Below are positions 29,702-39,774 of a stretch of 64,000 bases of DNA, piece after piece. The position numbers were made by a program, and so were the translations under genes. This DNA comes from Candidatus Nomurabacteria bacterium (GTDB lineage: Bacteria; Patescibacteriota; Minisyncoccia; Phycocordibacterales; SBAW01): contig CALREW010000001.1 of the NCBI GenBank assembly GCA_943356415.1, positions 80,528-144,527 of the forward strand, read 5' to 3'. The notes beneath the pieces were generated by a model. The model was not told the origin of the DNA. It was given only the letters and a program-made list of their open reading frames with translations, and made no database searches. How positions within the stretch are numbered: position 1 is the stretch's first letter; each line of letters starts with the position of its first letter.

Positions 29702-30303
29702 AGTATTTTGGAACGCATAAAAAAATTCTAGTCCTCCTTGGTCATCCAGACCACGATTCATTCTGCGGCGAACTCTCCGATGCGTACGCCCGTGGCGCAA
29801 CGGCGGCGGGTCACGCGGTAAAAAAAGTACATCTCAGCGACTTGGTGTTTGATGCGACCCTGCACAAAGGCTACAAAGTGATTCAAGAGCTTGAGCCAGA
29901 CTTAAAGCAACTTCAAGAAGATATACGCTGGTGCGATCATTTGGTGGTGCTGTACCCGAATTGGTGGTGCACCATGCCGGCACAGTTGAAAGGTCTCTTT
30001 GATCGCATTTGGTTGCCTGGTTTTGCCTTTCGATATCGCAAAGATGCCAACGGAAATCGAAAGCTGGGGTGGGAGAAACTGCTCAAGGGTCGTACCGGAC
30101 GAGTCATTGTTACTGCAGGATCGCACCCGTTTATGATTTGGCTTTTCTTCGGCGATTTTACGAATGAAATTTCACGAGGGATTTTAGGTTTTGCTGGTAT
30201 CCGTACTTCAATGACGCGACTTGGTCCTGCAGAAAAAATACCGGAGTGGAAAAAGGAACATTGGCGAAAAAAAATAGAGCGCATGGGTGCTCACGCACAG
30301 TAG
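29698..30303 (+). CDS. Flavodoxin-like-fold NAD(P)H-dependent oxidoreductase (NQO/KefF-like)
   Basis: [26 protein letters not shown]...[24 protein letters not shown] is typical of the Flavodoxin_2 family. Confidence 0.7.
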   Translation: MKYFGTHKKILVLLGHPDHDSFCGELSDAYARGATAAGHAVKKVHLSDLVFDATLHKGYKVIQELEPDLKQLQEDIRWCDHLVVLYPNWWCTMPAQLKGLFDRIWLPGFAFRYRKDANGNRKLGWEKLLKGRTGRVIVTAGSHPFMIWLFFGDFTNEISRGILGFAGIRTSMTRLGPAEKIPEWKKEHWRKKIERMGAHAQ

Positions 30304-30357
30304 AGTGTAAACGCGAAAGCCGTCCCCATTGCTGGGGACGGCTCCGTAGCTGCTTCG

Positions 30358-30807
30358 TTACCTGCCTCGTACTAGGTCCTTCCGGCGTGACTCCGCCAGA
30401 TCCTTAGCCCAGGCGAGTCGATCGCACAGTATCGGGAAGCAATCGACCATCTGGTCGATGAGCTCCTGCAGTTTGTCGTAGACCATCGCGACCTCGCTGC
30501 GGTAGGGGAAGGACACCTTGCCATCGTTGTACTCAAGCAAATGTGCGCCATCCCCTTCATTCACGAAGCGAATGCTGATCTGCGCCATGCGGTTGGCTTC
30601 GACAACCCGCACCTCCCAGGGACCCCATTCGGTGGAGCCAGCTTTGACTTGGTTCATCCACTTGCCGGCGTGGTGCTTGATTTGCCAGGCAAGGTCGCCA
30701 TAAGTCAGCGAGCTCGTCAGCAGGCCGAGCGTGCGGGCGATGTCGTCCCGCATTTCGTCAAGAGACTTGGAAGCCAAGACGAGGTCGTCGCGAGTGATAA
30801 AAGCCAT
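30358..30807 (-). CDS. Hypothetical protein (149 aa) in a small high-GC patch
   Basis: ORF with protein-like composition. Local GC ~60% against ~50% in the flanks. Confidence 0.4.
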   Translation of the reverse strand: MAFITRDDLVLASKSLDEMRDDIARTLGLLTSSLTYGDLAWQIKHHAGKWMNQVKAGSTEWGPWEVRVVEANRMAQISIRFVNEGDGAHLLEYNDGKVSFPYRSEVAMVYDKLQELIDQMVDCFPILCDRLAWAKDLAESRRKDLVRGR

Positions 30808-30956
30808 TTTCCTTCCTCTGTCTCCAGAGGTCCTCTCGGTTTGGATGGCGGTATTGCCAGGGTTCTACCCACCTGTAAGTATACCTCATAACAACATAAA
30901 AAGCAACATGTCAATAGCTATGCAAAATAAAGCTTTTCTGTGATGATGTGGTACTC

Positions 30957-32054
30957 ATGGCCTTGTCGATAGGAATCGTCGGTCTCCCAAACGTTGGCAA
31001 GTCAACGTTATTTAACGCGCTTACCAAAAAAGCGGTTCCTGCGGAGAATTTCCCCTTTTGTACCATCGATCCTTCGGTGGGTGTGGTCGCGGTGCCCGAC
31101 GAACGCGTAGATACGTTGGCTGATTTTTCTCACTCAAAGAAACGTATTCCTGCTGCGGTTGAATTTGTCGACATTGCAGGTTTAGTGAAAGGTGCCGCGG
31201 AAGGAGAAGGTCTCGGTAATCAATTTCTCTCAAATATTCGGGAAACAGACGCTATCGCAGAAGTGGTGCGTATTTTTGATGACCCAAACATTATTCACGT
31301 AGACGGCGTTGTAGACCCTCTGCGTGATATTGAAGTTATTAATCTCGAACTTGTTCTTGCAGATCTCGACACAGTTACTAAACGTCTTGGTGGTTTGGAG
31401 AGGGATGTTAAACGGGGAGACAAAGAAGCCGTCCTTATACACGGAGCCTTAAAGAAAGTTGAGCCGGCGCTTCTCACAGGCATGCTTGCGCGGACGGTTA
31501 CGCTCACCGAAGAAGAGTTAAAACACGTAAAGCAGCTCAACTTGCTTACGATGAAGCCAATTTTGTACGTACTTAATAAACAATCGGGCGGACACAACCT
31601 CGACGAACTAAACGACGGCAGATTTGAGCGTTTGATGCAGTTTATGGAAAAAAGCGGAAGTTCCTACGTGTTGGTTGATGCTGGTGTTGAGAACGAACTG
31701 AAAGACCTTCACACAAACGACAAACTTGAGTTCCGTCGCGAGTACGGAATGTTTGATGACGGTGTTAATGCACTTATTCGTGCAGGCTACGATTTGCTTG
31801 GCCTCATGTCGTATTTTACGACCGGCGAGGATGAGACGCGCGCCTGGACGGTAAAGCGGGGAAGTACTGCGCCTGAAGCTGCAGCGGCAATACATACTGA
31901 CTTCAAAACAAAGTTTATCCGCGCGGAAGTTGTCGCCACTGACGCGCTCCTTACTGCTGGCTCCTACGCAAAAGCGCGCGAGCAGGGCTTGGTACGCACG
32001 GAAGGAAAGGAATACATCGTCAAAGATGGTGATGTTATAGAGTTTAAAATCTAA
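30957..32054 (+). CDS. ychF: Ribosome-binding ATPase YchF (Obg-family GTPase)
   Basis: IGIVGLPNVGKSTLFNALT followed by NFPFCTIDP and a TGS-like C-terminus. Confidence 0.9.
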   Translation: MALSIGIVGLPNVGKSTLFNALTKKAVPAENFPFCTIDPSVGVVAVPDERVDTLADFSHSKKRIPAAVEFVDIAGLVKGAAEGEGLGNQFLSNIRETDAIAEVVRIFDDPNIIHVDGVVDPLRDIEVINLELVLADLDTVTKRLGGLERDVKRGDKEAVLIHGALKKVEPALLTGMLARTVTLTEEELKHVKQLNLLTMKPILYVLNKQSGGHNLDELNDGRFERLMQFMEKSGSSYVLVDAGVENELKDLHTNDKLEFRREYGMFDDGVNALIRAGYDLLGLMSYFTTGEDETRAWTVKRGSTAPEAAAAIHTDFKTKFIRAEVVATDALLTAGSYAKAREQGLVRTEGKEYIVKDGDVIEFKI

Positions 32055-32115
32055 AACCGTCCTTACAGAGCCGCTCTGCTATACTGTTGGTACGTTTACC
32101 AGTAGCCCTCTTTAT

Positions 32116-33081
32116 ATGAATTCAACCGCAACCCACGCCAAAGCTTCTCCTAAGGATTTCTTTCTATGGGCGGGTGCGATGGTTTCGCTCTATGGAGGTG
32201 TTGTTGCTCTTATCACCCTTCTCTTCCAGTACATCAACTACGCGTACCCGGACCCACTTTTAAACGCGTATCAGTATAGTGACCCGTATAGCGGTTCGGT
32301 TCGCTTTGCGATGGCCTCACTTATTGTGCTCACGCCAATCTTTTTGGTTTTGATGCGCCTTATCCGTAACGACATCACCAAAGACGCAACACGCGCCGAT
32401 ATTTGGGTACGTCGATGGGCACTGTACCTAACGTTGTTTATTGCAGGAGCGACGATGGCCGGAGACCTTATTACGTTGGTTAACTATTTCCTTGACGGTG
32501 ATGTGACCATGCGTTTCGTGCTTAAGGTTGTGGTTGTCTTGCTTGTTGCGGGCGCTGGTTTCCTTCATTTCCTTGCGGACCTGCGCGGCTACTGGGTGAA
32601 GTACTCAGGTCGGGCTAATGCTGTGGGGTACGCCGCGTTTGTCCTTGTAATTGCAGCCATCGCCTCAGGTTTCCTCATCATTGGCTCGCCAGCTCAAGCG
32701 CGACTGTATCGTTTTGACCTGCAAAAGACAAACGATCTCTCAAACATTCAGTACCAAGTGGTCAATTACTGGCAGCAAAAGCAGGCGTTGCCTACAAATC
32801 TGGGTGAACTTACCGATTCCATTTCCGGATTTACGGCTCCTAAAGATGCGCAAACGGGAGTTGATTATGGCTACCGCGTTACCGGACCGATGTCCTTTGA
32901 TGTCTGTGCGGTATTTAACCTACAGAGTCGAGGTACCGACGCAAGCTACAGTGATCCGTCAATTGCTCGTAACGTGGGCGGTGATACGTGGCAGCATGGT
33001 GCAGGACAGACTTGTTTTGAGCGAACGGTTGATCCCGAGCGATATCCTCCCTTCCCAAAACCAGTGCTCGGGGGTAAGTAA
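32116..33081 (+). CDS. Hypothetical membrane protein (several TM helices plus a C-terminal soluble domain)
   Basis: ORF with hydrophobic segments; no catalytic motif recognised. Confidence 0.45.
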   Translation: MNSTATHAKASPKDFFLWAGAMVSLYGGVVALITLLFQYINYAYPDPLLNAYQYSDPYSGSVRFAMASLIVLTPIFLVLMRLIRNDITKDATRADIWVRRWALYLTLFIAGATMAGDLITLVNYFLDGDVTMRFVLKVVVVLLVAGAGFLHFLADLRGYWVKYSGRANAVGYAAFVLVIAAIASGFLIIGSPAQARLYRFDLQKTNDLSNIQYQVVNYWQQKQALPTNLGELTDSISGFTAPKDAQTGVDYGYRVTGPMSFDVCAVFNLQSRGTDASYSDPSIARNVGGDTWQHGAGQTCFERTVDPERYPPFPKPVLGGK

Positions 33082-33146
33082 TAGTTGCTTTGTAGCCCGC
33101 TCTGGCAGTTTTGCCAGAGCGGCGTTACATTCAATGGGTCAAAAAG

Positions 33147-36140
33147 ATGGCTATCTACGATCATAAGAGAATAGAGAAGAAGTGGCAGGAGAAGTGGCTG
33201 CGCGAAAACGCGTTTCAGGCTGACGATGCGTCCACAAAAGAGAAGAAGTACGTGCTCGACATGTACCCCTATCCGTCCGGCTCAGGTCTCCATGTGGGGC
33301 ACGTAGAGGGCTACACGGCCACTGACATCTATAGTCGGTACCTACGCATGAAAGGTTTCGAAGTGCTCCATCCGATGGGATGGGATGCGTTCGGCCTTCC
33401 TGCAGAAAATTACGCCATCAAGACTAACGTTCCTCCCGCAAAAACGACTGAGGAGGCGATACAGACCTTTACTTCACAAATAAACAGCCTAGGTCTCTCC
33501 TACGACTGGTCGCGTGAAATTGGTACGCACCGTCCGGATTACTACAAATGGACGCAGTGGCTTTTCTTGCTGCTCTATAAAAACGGTCTTGCGTACAAAC
33601 AGAAAGCAAAGGTTAATTGGTGCCCCAAAGACCAAACGGTTCTTGCGAACGAGCAGGTTGTCGATGGTAACTGCGAGCGGTGCGGAACGGGTGTAATACA
33701 AAAAGATCTTGAGCAGTGGTTTTTCCGTATTACTAAATTTGCCGAGGAATTACTCGCCGACCTCGAGCATGTTAATTGGCCTGAATCAACTAAGGCAGCG
33801 CAACGCAACTGGATAGGAAAAAGCGAAGGCGCGGAGATTGATTTTGTTATCGCTGGCACAGACGAGAAGATACGCGTTTTTACCACCCGCCCCGATACGC
33901 TCTATGGAGCAACATACCTGGTGCTTGCTCCTGAGCATCCACGTATTGATGTGCTTTCTGCACATATCACAAACCTTGATGCCGTTGCTGCGTATCGTGC
34001 ACAAACTGCGACAAAAACTGAGCTCGAGCGCACCGCGCTTGCCAAAGAAAAGACTGGCGTGCAGCTTGAAGGTATTGCCGCTATAAACCCCGCCACAAAA
34101 GAACAAATTCCGGTTTTTATAGCTGACTACGTTCTTTCTCAATACGGTACAGGCGCCATTATGGCGGTGCCTGCGCATGACGAGCGTGATGCTGACTTTG
34201 CCAAAGCGTTTAACTTGCCAGTGAAGCGTGTTGTCGACGAGAAGAAGTATTTTATATTCGACTTCGACGGTGTGCTCGGCGACACCTTTGAAGCAGCGCT
34301 TGCAGCTCATGTAGCAATGGGACACTCGCCGGATCTTGAAGCAGCGCGCGAAGCGGTATTGAAGTATGCGCACAACAAACCTCGCCACACGCGCGACGCA
34401 AACCCGTCTCCTGAAGTACTTGCTGAAGAGCGAGCGTGGACTGCGCGGTTTGGTACCGCAATGTTACAGAGTGACTGGAAACTTTTCGACGAGTTTATTC
34501 GCGAAGTTGAGAAGATACCCAACACACAGATTGCAATTGTTTCCAGCGGCTCGGAGCTCTATGTAAAACCTGCGTCGGAGAAAACACGCCTTAACCCAAC
34601 GCACGTTATGGCATTTGAGACGAGTCATTCAAAAGAAGAGAAAATCGAAACGATTTGCCGTGACTGGGGCATAGATCCAAAGCAAGCGTATTACTTTACC
34701 GATTCAAAAGCCGACGTATACGAACTTAAGGGTATGTTTCCTGAGGGGAAACTCATTGGCTGTGCCTGGGGCTTTGTTGGGAAAGAAGCACTCGAGGAAG
34801 TCCTTCCGCGTTCGTCAGTACTTGAGAACTATGCGGACATACATACGCTTTTCATGGGTCTCCATACTGGCGATGGATTGCTTATCAATTCGGGCGATTT
34901 TACTGGCGCATCTTCGGCTGCAGCAAAACGCACCATTACTGAATCGGTCGGCGGCGTTATGAAGACGACTTATCGTCTACGCGATTGGCTTATTTCCCGC
35001 CAGCGCTATTGGGGCGCCCCGATACCGATGGTGTATGACCCGGAAGGCAATTTGCATCCGGTACCGGAGGAACACTTGCCCTGGGCTTTGCCTACTGATG
35101 TTGAGTTCAAGCCAACAGGGGAATCCCCAATGGCAAAATCGAAAGAGCTACGCGAACGGGTAGAAAAACTATTCGGTCCTGGATGGACTCCAGACGTGGA
35201 CACGATGGATACCTTCGTGTGTTCGTCATGGTACTTCTTCCGTTTTGCGGACCCACACAACGCGGAAGTTTTCGCTGATAAAGAAAAAATGAAGCGCTGG
35301 CTGCCGGTTGACCTGTATGTCGGCGGGGCAGAACATACCGTTCTCCACCTTCTCTACGCCAGATTTTTTACCAAAGCACTGCAATCCCTAGGCTTCATAG
35401 ATTTCGTCGAACCCTTCACCATGTTGAGGCATCCAGGAACCATCCTCGCTGAAGATGGGCGAAAGATGAGCAAGTCACTCGGTAATGTGGTTAATCCGAC
35501 CGATGTCGTTGATGAGTACGGTGCCGACTCGTTGCGCTTGTACGAAATGTTTATGGGCCCGCTCGATGTCGCAAAGCCGTGGAATACCCGCAACATACTC
35601 GGCGTGCGTCGATTCCTTGAAAAGATAATTGCGCTTGCGTCGCGCGTTGCAGATGCAGAAGCGGATGAACCGACCGAATCGTTGATGCATCAAAGCATCG
35701 AGTCGGTAACCGCTGATATTGAGGCGCTGAAGTTCAATACGGCAATAAGCCAGTTGATGATTTTCGCCAATAAGCTTGGCGAATACAAAGAGGTGCCGCG
35801 GCACGCCTTCGAGACGCTTCTGGTGTTACTTTCGCCATTAGCCCCTCATCTCACACATGAACTCTGGGAGCAAACCGGCCACGCAGACGATATCAGGCTC
35901 TCCTCATGGCCGGTGGCAGACCAAACAAAGCTCTCAAAGGCGTCAGTGACTGTTGGAGTGCAGGTAAATGGAAAAGTGCGCGGTTCAGTCACGCTTTCTG
36001 CAGAAGCCACGCAAGAGGAAGCGCTTGCCGCAGCACGCGCACACGAGGGTGTTTCAAAATGGCTCGCCCTGGGCAGGGAAGTGAAGGCGGTCTACGTACC
36101 GGGCCGGATTATCAGCTTTGTGGTCGAATCGGCAGTATAG
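33147..36140 (+). CDS. leuS: Leucyl-tRNA synthetase with an inserted HAD-hydrolase-like domain
   Basis: HVGH motif, CP1 editing domain (TRPDTLYGATY...AVPAHDERD), KMSKS and the C-terminal domain are all present. An extra ~190 aa segment (FDFDGVLGDT...IVSSGS...FTDSKADV) sits after the editing domain. The start is taken at MAIYDHK (ATG at 33147). Confidence 0.9.
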   Translation: MAIYDHKRIEKKWQEKWLRENAFQADDASTKEKKYVLDMYPYPSGSGLHVGHVEGYTATDIYSRYLRMKGFEVLHPMGWDAFGLPAENYAIKTNVPPAKTTEEAIQTFTSQINSLGLSYDWSREIGTHRPDYYKWTQWLFLLLYKNGLAYKQKAKVNWCPKDQTVLANEQVVDGNCERCGTGVIQKDLEQWFFRITKFAEELLADLEHVNWPESTKAAQRNWIGKSEGAEIDFVIAGTDEKIRVFTTRPDTLYGATYLVLAPEHPRIDVLSAHITNLDAVAAYRAQTATKTELERTALAKEKTGVQLEGIAAINPATKEQIPVFIADYVLSQYGTGAIMAVPAHDERDADFAKAFNLPVKRVVDEKKYFIFDFDGVLGDTFEAALAAHVAMGHSPDLEAAREAVLKYAHNKPRHTRDANPSPEVLAEERAWTARFGTAMLQSDWKLFDEFIREVEKIPNTQIAIVSSGSELYVKPASEKTRLNPTHVMAFETSHSKEEKIETICRDWGIDPKQAYYFTDSKADVYELKGMFPEGKLIGCAWGFVGKEALEEVLPRSSVLENYADIHTLFMGLHTGDGLLINSGDFTGASSAAAKRTITESVGGVMKTTYRLRDWLISRQRYWGAPIPMVYDPEGNLHPVPEEHLPWALPTDVEFKPTGESPMAKSKELRERVEKLFGPGWTPDVDTMDTFVCSSWYFFRFADPHNAEVFADKEKMKRWLPVDLYVGGAEHTVLHLLYARFFTKALQSLGFIDFVEPFTMLRHPGTILAEDGRKMSKSLGNVVNPTDVVDEYGADSLRLYEMFMGPLDVAKPWNTRNILGVRRFLEKIIALASRVADAEADEPTESLMHQSIESVTADIEALKFNTAISQLMIFANKLGEYKEVPRHAFETLLVLLSPLAPHLTHELWEQTGHADDIRLSSWPVADQTKLSKASVTVGVQVNGKVRGSVTLSAEATQEEALAAARAHEGVSKWLALGREVKAVYVPGRIISFVVESAV

Positions 36141-36232
36141 CCTGTGACCCTGTGGAAAAGTCGGGTTCCGCATGGGTGGTTAATTTGACCTTGTAAAAAG
36201 GGCGTGATATAACGAGAACGTTACTACACCAT

Positions 36233-37264
36233 ATGAAAACGGTTGCCTTCAAGCCAAAAGCAGTGGTCAAAAAGCTCCTCCAAGCCCTTCCCGAACGCTC
36301 ACGCGTTTTCGTTGAGGCTCGTTTTGGTTTGGGTGCTAAGGCAGAACGCATGACGCTTGAAGCTATCGGTACCCGCTACGGAATCACACGTGAGCGTGTC
36401 CGTCAGATTGAAAACCACGCCATTGCGACTCTCCGCAAGGCTCCTGCATTCTCTGAGGCAAAAGAGGCATTTGACGACTTAGAGCGAATCATTGATTCAC
36501 TCGGGGGCATTGTGTGCGAAGACGATCTTCTTGATTTTGTGACCAACGACGAGAGTCTCCAGAATCACATTTACTTCCTTTTGGTTTTAGGAGATCCCTT
36601 CAAATATCGCAAAGAAGACGGTGAGGCAAAGCGCTGCTGGTTTGTTGACGCTGCCCTTGCCGCCAAGGTTGAAAGCGCACTCAAGCGCCTTTACAGCAAT
36701 CTTGCTGACGATGACCTCATTCCTGAAGCTGAAATGGTTGATCGTTTCCTTCTGGAACTCAAGGATTTGTCTGAAAAGTATCGAAACGAAGAGATTGCGA
36801 AGCGCTGGCTAAAAATCAGCAAGACCATTGGCCGCAACCCGCTCGGCGAATGGGGTCCGGCACGTTCAAGCAATGTTAAGACAAAAGGCGTTCGCGATTA
36901 CGCCTACCTCGCCGTGAAGCGTCATGGTTCGCCGCTTCACTTTGCTGAAGTGGCAAAACTTATCGGCAAGCTTTTTGACCGCACCGCGCATGTTGCCACC
37001 ACCCACAACGAGCTCATCAAAGACGAGCGTTTTGTCCTTGTCGGACGCGGTATCTACGCACTTAAGGAGTGGGGATATGCTCAGGGAGTCGTTCGCGACG
37101 TCATCAAAGACATCATTAAGGCAAATGGCCCGCTGACACGTGAGGAAATCGTTGAAAAAGTACTCAAAGAGCGTCATGTGAAGGAAAACACCATCCTCGT
37201 AAACTTGCAGAACCAAAAGTTTTTCAAAAAGGGCAAAGACGCAAAGTACGCACTCGCAAAATAA
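36233..37264 (+). CDS. Sigma-70 region-4 (HTH) domain protein, 343 aa
   Basis: N-terminal LPERSRVFVEARFGLGAKAERMTLEAIGTRYGITRERVRQIENHAIATLR matches sigma70_r4; region 2 is absent. Confidence 0.55.
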   Translation: MKTVAFKPKAVVKKLLQALPERSRVFVEARFGLGAKAERMTLEAIGTRYGITRERVRQIENHAIATLRKAPAFSEAKEAFDDLERIIDSLGGIVCEDDLLDFVTNDESLQNHIYFLLVLGDPFKYRKEDGEAKRCWFVDAALAAKVESALKRLYSNLADDDLIPEAEMVDRFLLELKDLSEKYRNEEIAKRWLKISKTIGRNPLGEWGPARSSNVKTKGVRDYAYLAVKRHGSPLHFAEVAKLIGKLFDRTAHVATTHNELIKDERFVLVGRGIYALKEWGYAQGVVRDVIKDIIKANGPLTREEIVEKVLKERHVKENTILVNLQNQKFFKKGKDAKYALAK

Positions 37265-37271
37265 AGACCTG

Positions 37272-37296
37272 AAAAATCCCCGGTGCGGGGATTTTT
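37272..37296 (+). terminator. Rho-independent terminator
   Basis: AAAAATCCCCG-GTG-CGGGGATTTTT. Confidence 0.75.
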
Positions 37297-37349
37297 CAAT
37301 TACCCTGGTACGTGAATGCTATACTTTAGAGTACGTTCGGCTATAGAAA

Positions 37350-38729
37350 ATGGCAGGAAAAAAAGGAAAAGGCTTTAGCCTCGGCGGTCTCTACAGTTGG
37401 ATAACTGGAAACATGGACAGTTTCGGACTCACTGATTTTTCCGCAGTGGTGGCGTTGCTGCTCATTGCCTATCGAGGGACGCAAGATCCTGAGACCTTTT
37501 GGCAGATGGGTGCTTTTTTCCTCGCCCCTCTACCGTTAGTACTTCCAGTCCTTTTGTACAAATTGTGGTGGCATGGCTGGATGGAGTACATCCAAGAAGA
37601 TAAATACTGGAATAGGCGCGAATACGCAGTTCTTGAAGTTAAGTTGCCTGAAGAAATTACGCAGTCACCGTACGCGATGGAACTTTTTCTCCGTTCGCTT
37701 TATCAAACGGGGGAAATTGACACACCAATCGATCAATATTGGAAAGGTCACGTCAAACCTTTTTTCTCGCTTGAACTTGTTTCAACGGAAGGAGCGGTTC
37801 GCTTTTATATCTGGACATGGAAGCAGTTCAAAAACTTTGTTGAAAGCCAAATTTACGCACATTATCCGACAGTACAGGTTTACGAAGTCCCCGACTATAC
37901 GCTTTCGGTGCCGTACAACGCCTACGATAAAAATTGCGAATTTGATATGTGGTGTATCGAGCAGGAGCTTCAAAAACCTGATCCGTATCCTATAGCTACC
38001 TACGTATCAACGGAACAAGCAAAGCAGGACCTCGATGAGGAATTTAAACACGACCAAATGTCCTCACTTTTGGAGTTTTTCTCCATCATGAAAGCAGGGG
38101 AGCATGCGTGGATGCAAATTATCATCCGTGGACATACGGTGTGCCCTCAAGCAACTGATAAAGGACCAGGGCACCCTATCTCTATTACTGAGTGGGTTGA
38201 AGTTGAGCGCAACAAAATACTCGCACTTACCATTGATGATCCAAAAGACGACAAGCAGAAAGCAAACTTCCAACGTCTCCCAGAAGGTTTGCGTACGGAG
38301 GTTAAGGCGATGGAGTTAAAGCCGCACAAACAAATGTTTGATGTCGGTATCCGCATGATTTACCTCTATAGAAACGACGATCCATCGTTAGGAAAACAAA
38401 AGGTGGGTTTCCCAACGGCGCTGCGCGTGTATGAACACGGCTCGCAAGGCCGCGGACTTAACGGTTTTAAGCCGGTATTCGTTATCGGCCCATTTGACTA
38501 CCCGTGGCAAGACTATTTTGGCATTCGTCGTCGTTTCCTTAAACAGCAGATGTACGACGGGTATGTGCAGCGACAGTACTTCTTTCCACCCATTGGTCGC
38601 AAATGGATAGCGCTTAACGTTGAAGAAATCGCTTCCGTCTATCACTTCCCAGGCAAGGTTGTTCAAACGCCGACCTTGCAGCGTATGCCAAGTAAGCGCG
38701 GCGATGCGCCAGCCAATCTCCCCACATGA
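37350..38729 (+). CDS. Hypothetical protein with N-terminal TM region (459 aa)
   Basis: ORF preceded by an extended -10-like aTGcTATACT; no domain recognised. Confidence 0.45.
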   Translation: MAGKKGKGFSLGGLYSWITGNMDSFGLTDFSAVVALLLIAYRGTQDPETFWQMGAFFLAPLPLVLPVLLYKLWWHGWMEYIQEDKYWNRREYAVLEVKLPEEITQSPYAMELFLRSLYQTGEIDTPIDQYWKGHVKPFFSLELVSTEGAVRFYIWTWKQFKNFVESQIYAHYPTVQVYEVPDYTLSVPYNAYDKNCEFDMWCIEQELQKPDPYPIATYVSTEQAKQDLDEEFKHDQMSSLLEFFSIMKAGEHAWMQIIIRGHTVCPQATDKGPGHPISITEWVEVERNKILALTIDDPKDDKQKANFQRLPEGLRTEVKAMELKPHKQMFDVGIRMIYLYRNDDPSLGKQKVGFPTALRVYEHGSQGRGLNGFKPVFVIGPFDYPWQDYFGIRRRFLKQQMYDGYVQRQYFFPPIGRKWIALNVEEIASVYHFPGKVVQTPTLQRMPSKRGDAPANLPT

Positions 38730-39736
38730 CGGAGCCCCAAGCGCCGCGAACGGGCCGCGCCTTGCTTTTGGAACGTTTGCAGACACACCGCACTTTTTTG
38801 CGGGTGATTCCGCTTATGGTGCTTGTCGGGGTACTGCTCGGCTCGTTGTGGGTGGCACTGGTCGCAGCTCCTCACTCCTTTAGCGCGCCACGCATCGTAA
38901 AAATTGAAGAGGGGGTGGGTGTTCGCGAAGCCGCCAATATGCTTAAAGCAAATAACGTAATCCGTCGGGCGGATATTTTTGTTGTAGCGACGCTTGCGCT
39001 TGGCGGAGAAACAAAATTAATCGCTGGCGATTACTATTTCGCAGGACCGCAAAATGCATTGACTATTGCCAGTCGCATGACGCGAGGTGATTACGAACTT
39101 GATCCTGTTCGGGTCACCCTCCCAGAAGGGGCGACCGTGCGCGACATGGCGTTGCTGTTGTCGCAGAAACTTGTGTACTTCGATAGCCAGTCATTTATTG
39201 CACTGGCTGACGGAAAAGAAGGGTATCTTTTCCCCGACACGTATTACTTCCTGCCGACGGCGAGTGCCGACTTAATTGTGCGAACGCTGGAGAATAATTT
39301 CTACCGCCGAACCGAAGGATTGCAAGCCTCGATTGAATCCTCTGGACATACATTGCACGACATTGTGACTATGGCGTCACTTCTTGAAGAGGAGGCACGT
39401 ACGTTGCCCACGCGTAAAATGATTTCAGGCATCCTTTGGAAGCGTATTGCACTTGGAATGAAACTCCAGGTTGATGCGGTGTTTCCGTACATTATTGGGA
39501 AAAATACGTTCCAGGTAACCAAAAAGGATTTGATGGTTGATTCGCCTTATAACACATACCTACACAAGGGACTTCCTATCGGACCCATCAGCAATCCAGG
39601 ACTTTCAGCACTTGAAGCCGCCGTAAAGCCGACGCCATCGGCATATCTTTTCTATCTCGCAGACATGCAAGGCGTGACGCACTACAGCAAGACGTACGCT
39701 GAACACCTTCGTAAACAGCACCTCTACCTCAAGTAG
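38726..39736 (+). CDS. mltG: Endolytic murein transglycosylase MltG (YceG-like)
   Basis: N-terminal TM, YceG core (AGDYYF...) and C-terminal NTYLHKGLPIGPISNPGLSALEAA. Confidence 0.8.
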   Translation: MTEPQAPRTGRALLLERLQTHRTFLRVIPLMVLVGVLLGSLWVALVAAPHSFSAPRIVKIEEGVGVREAANMLKANNVIRRADIFVVATLALGGETKLIAGDYYFAGPQNALTIASRMTRGDYELDPVRVTLPEGATVRDMALLLSQKLVYFDSQSFIALADGKEGYLFPDTYYFLPTASADLIVRTLENNFYRRTEGLQASIESSGHTLHDIVTMASLLEEEARTLPTRKMISGILWKRIALGMKLQVDAVFPYIIGKNTFQVTKKDLMVDSPYNTYLHKGLPIGPISNPGLSALEAAVKPTPSAYLFYLADMQGVTHYSKTYAEHLRKQHLYLK

Positions 39737-39774
39737 TAGTTGCGCTCGACTCGTGGCTACGGTTTAGTGCAGCT

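Noticed and set aside
33147-36140. Intein in leuS as the explanation for the extra length
   Set aside because: The insert lacks intein splice-junction residues and homing-endonuclease motifs, and instead carries HAD motifs I, II and IV.
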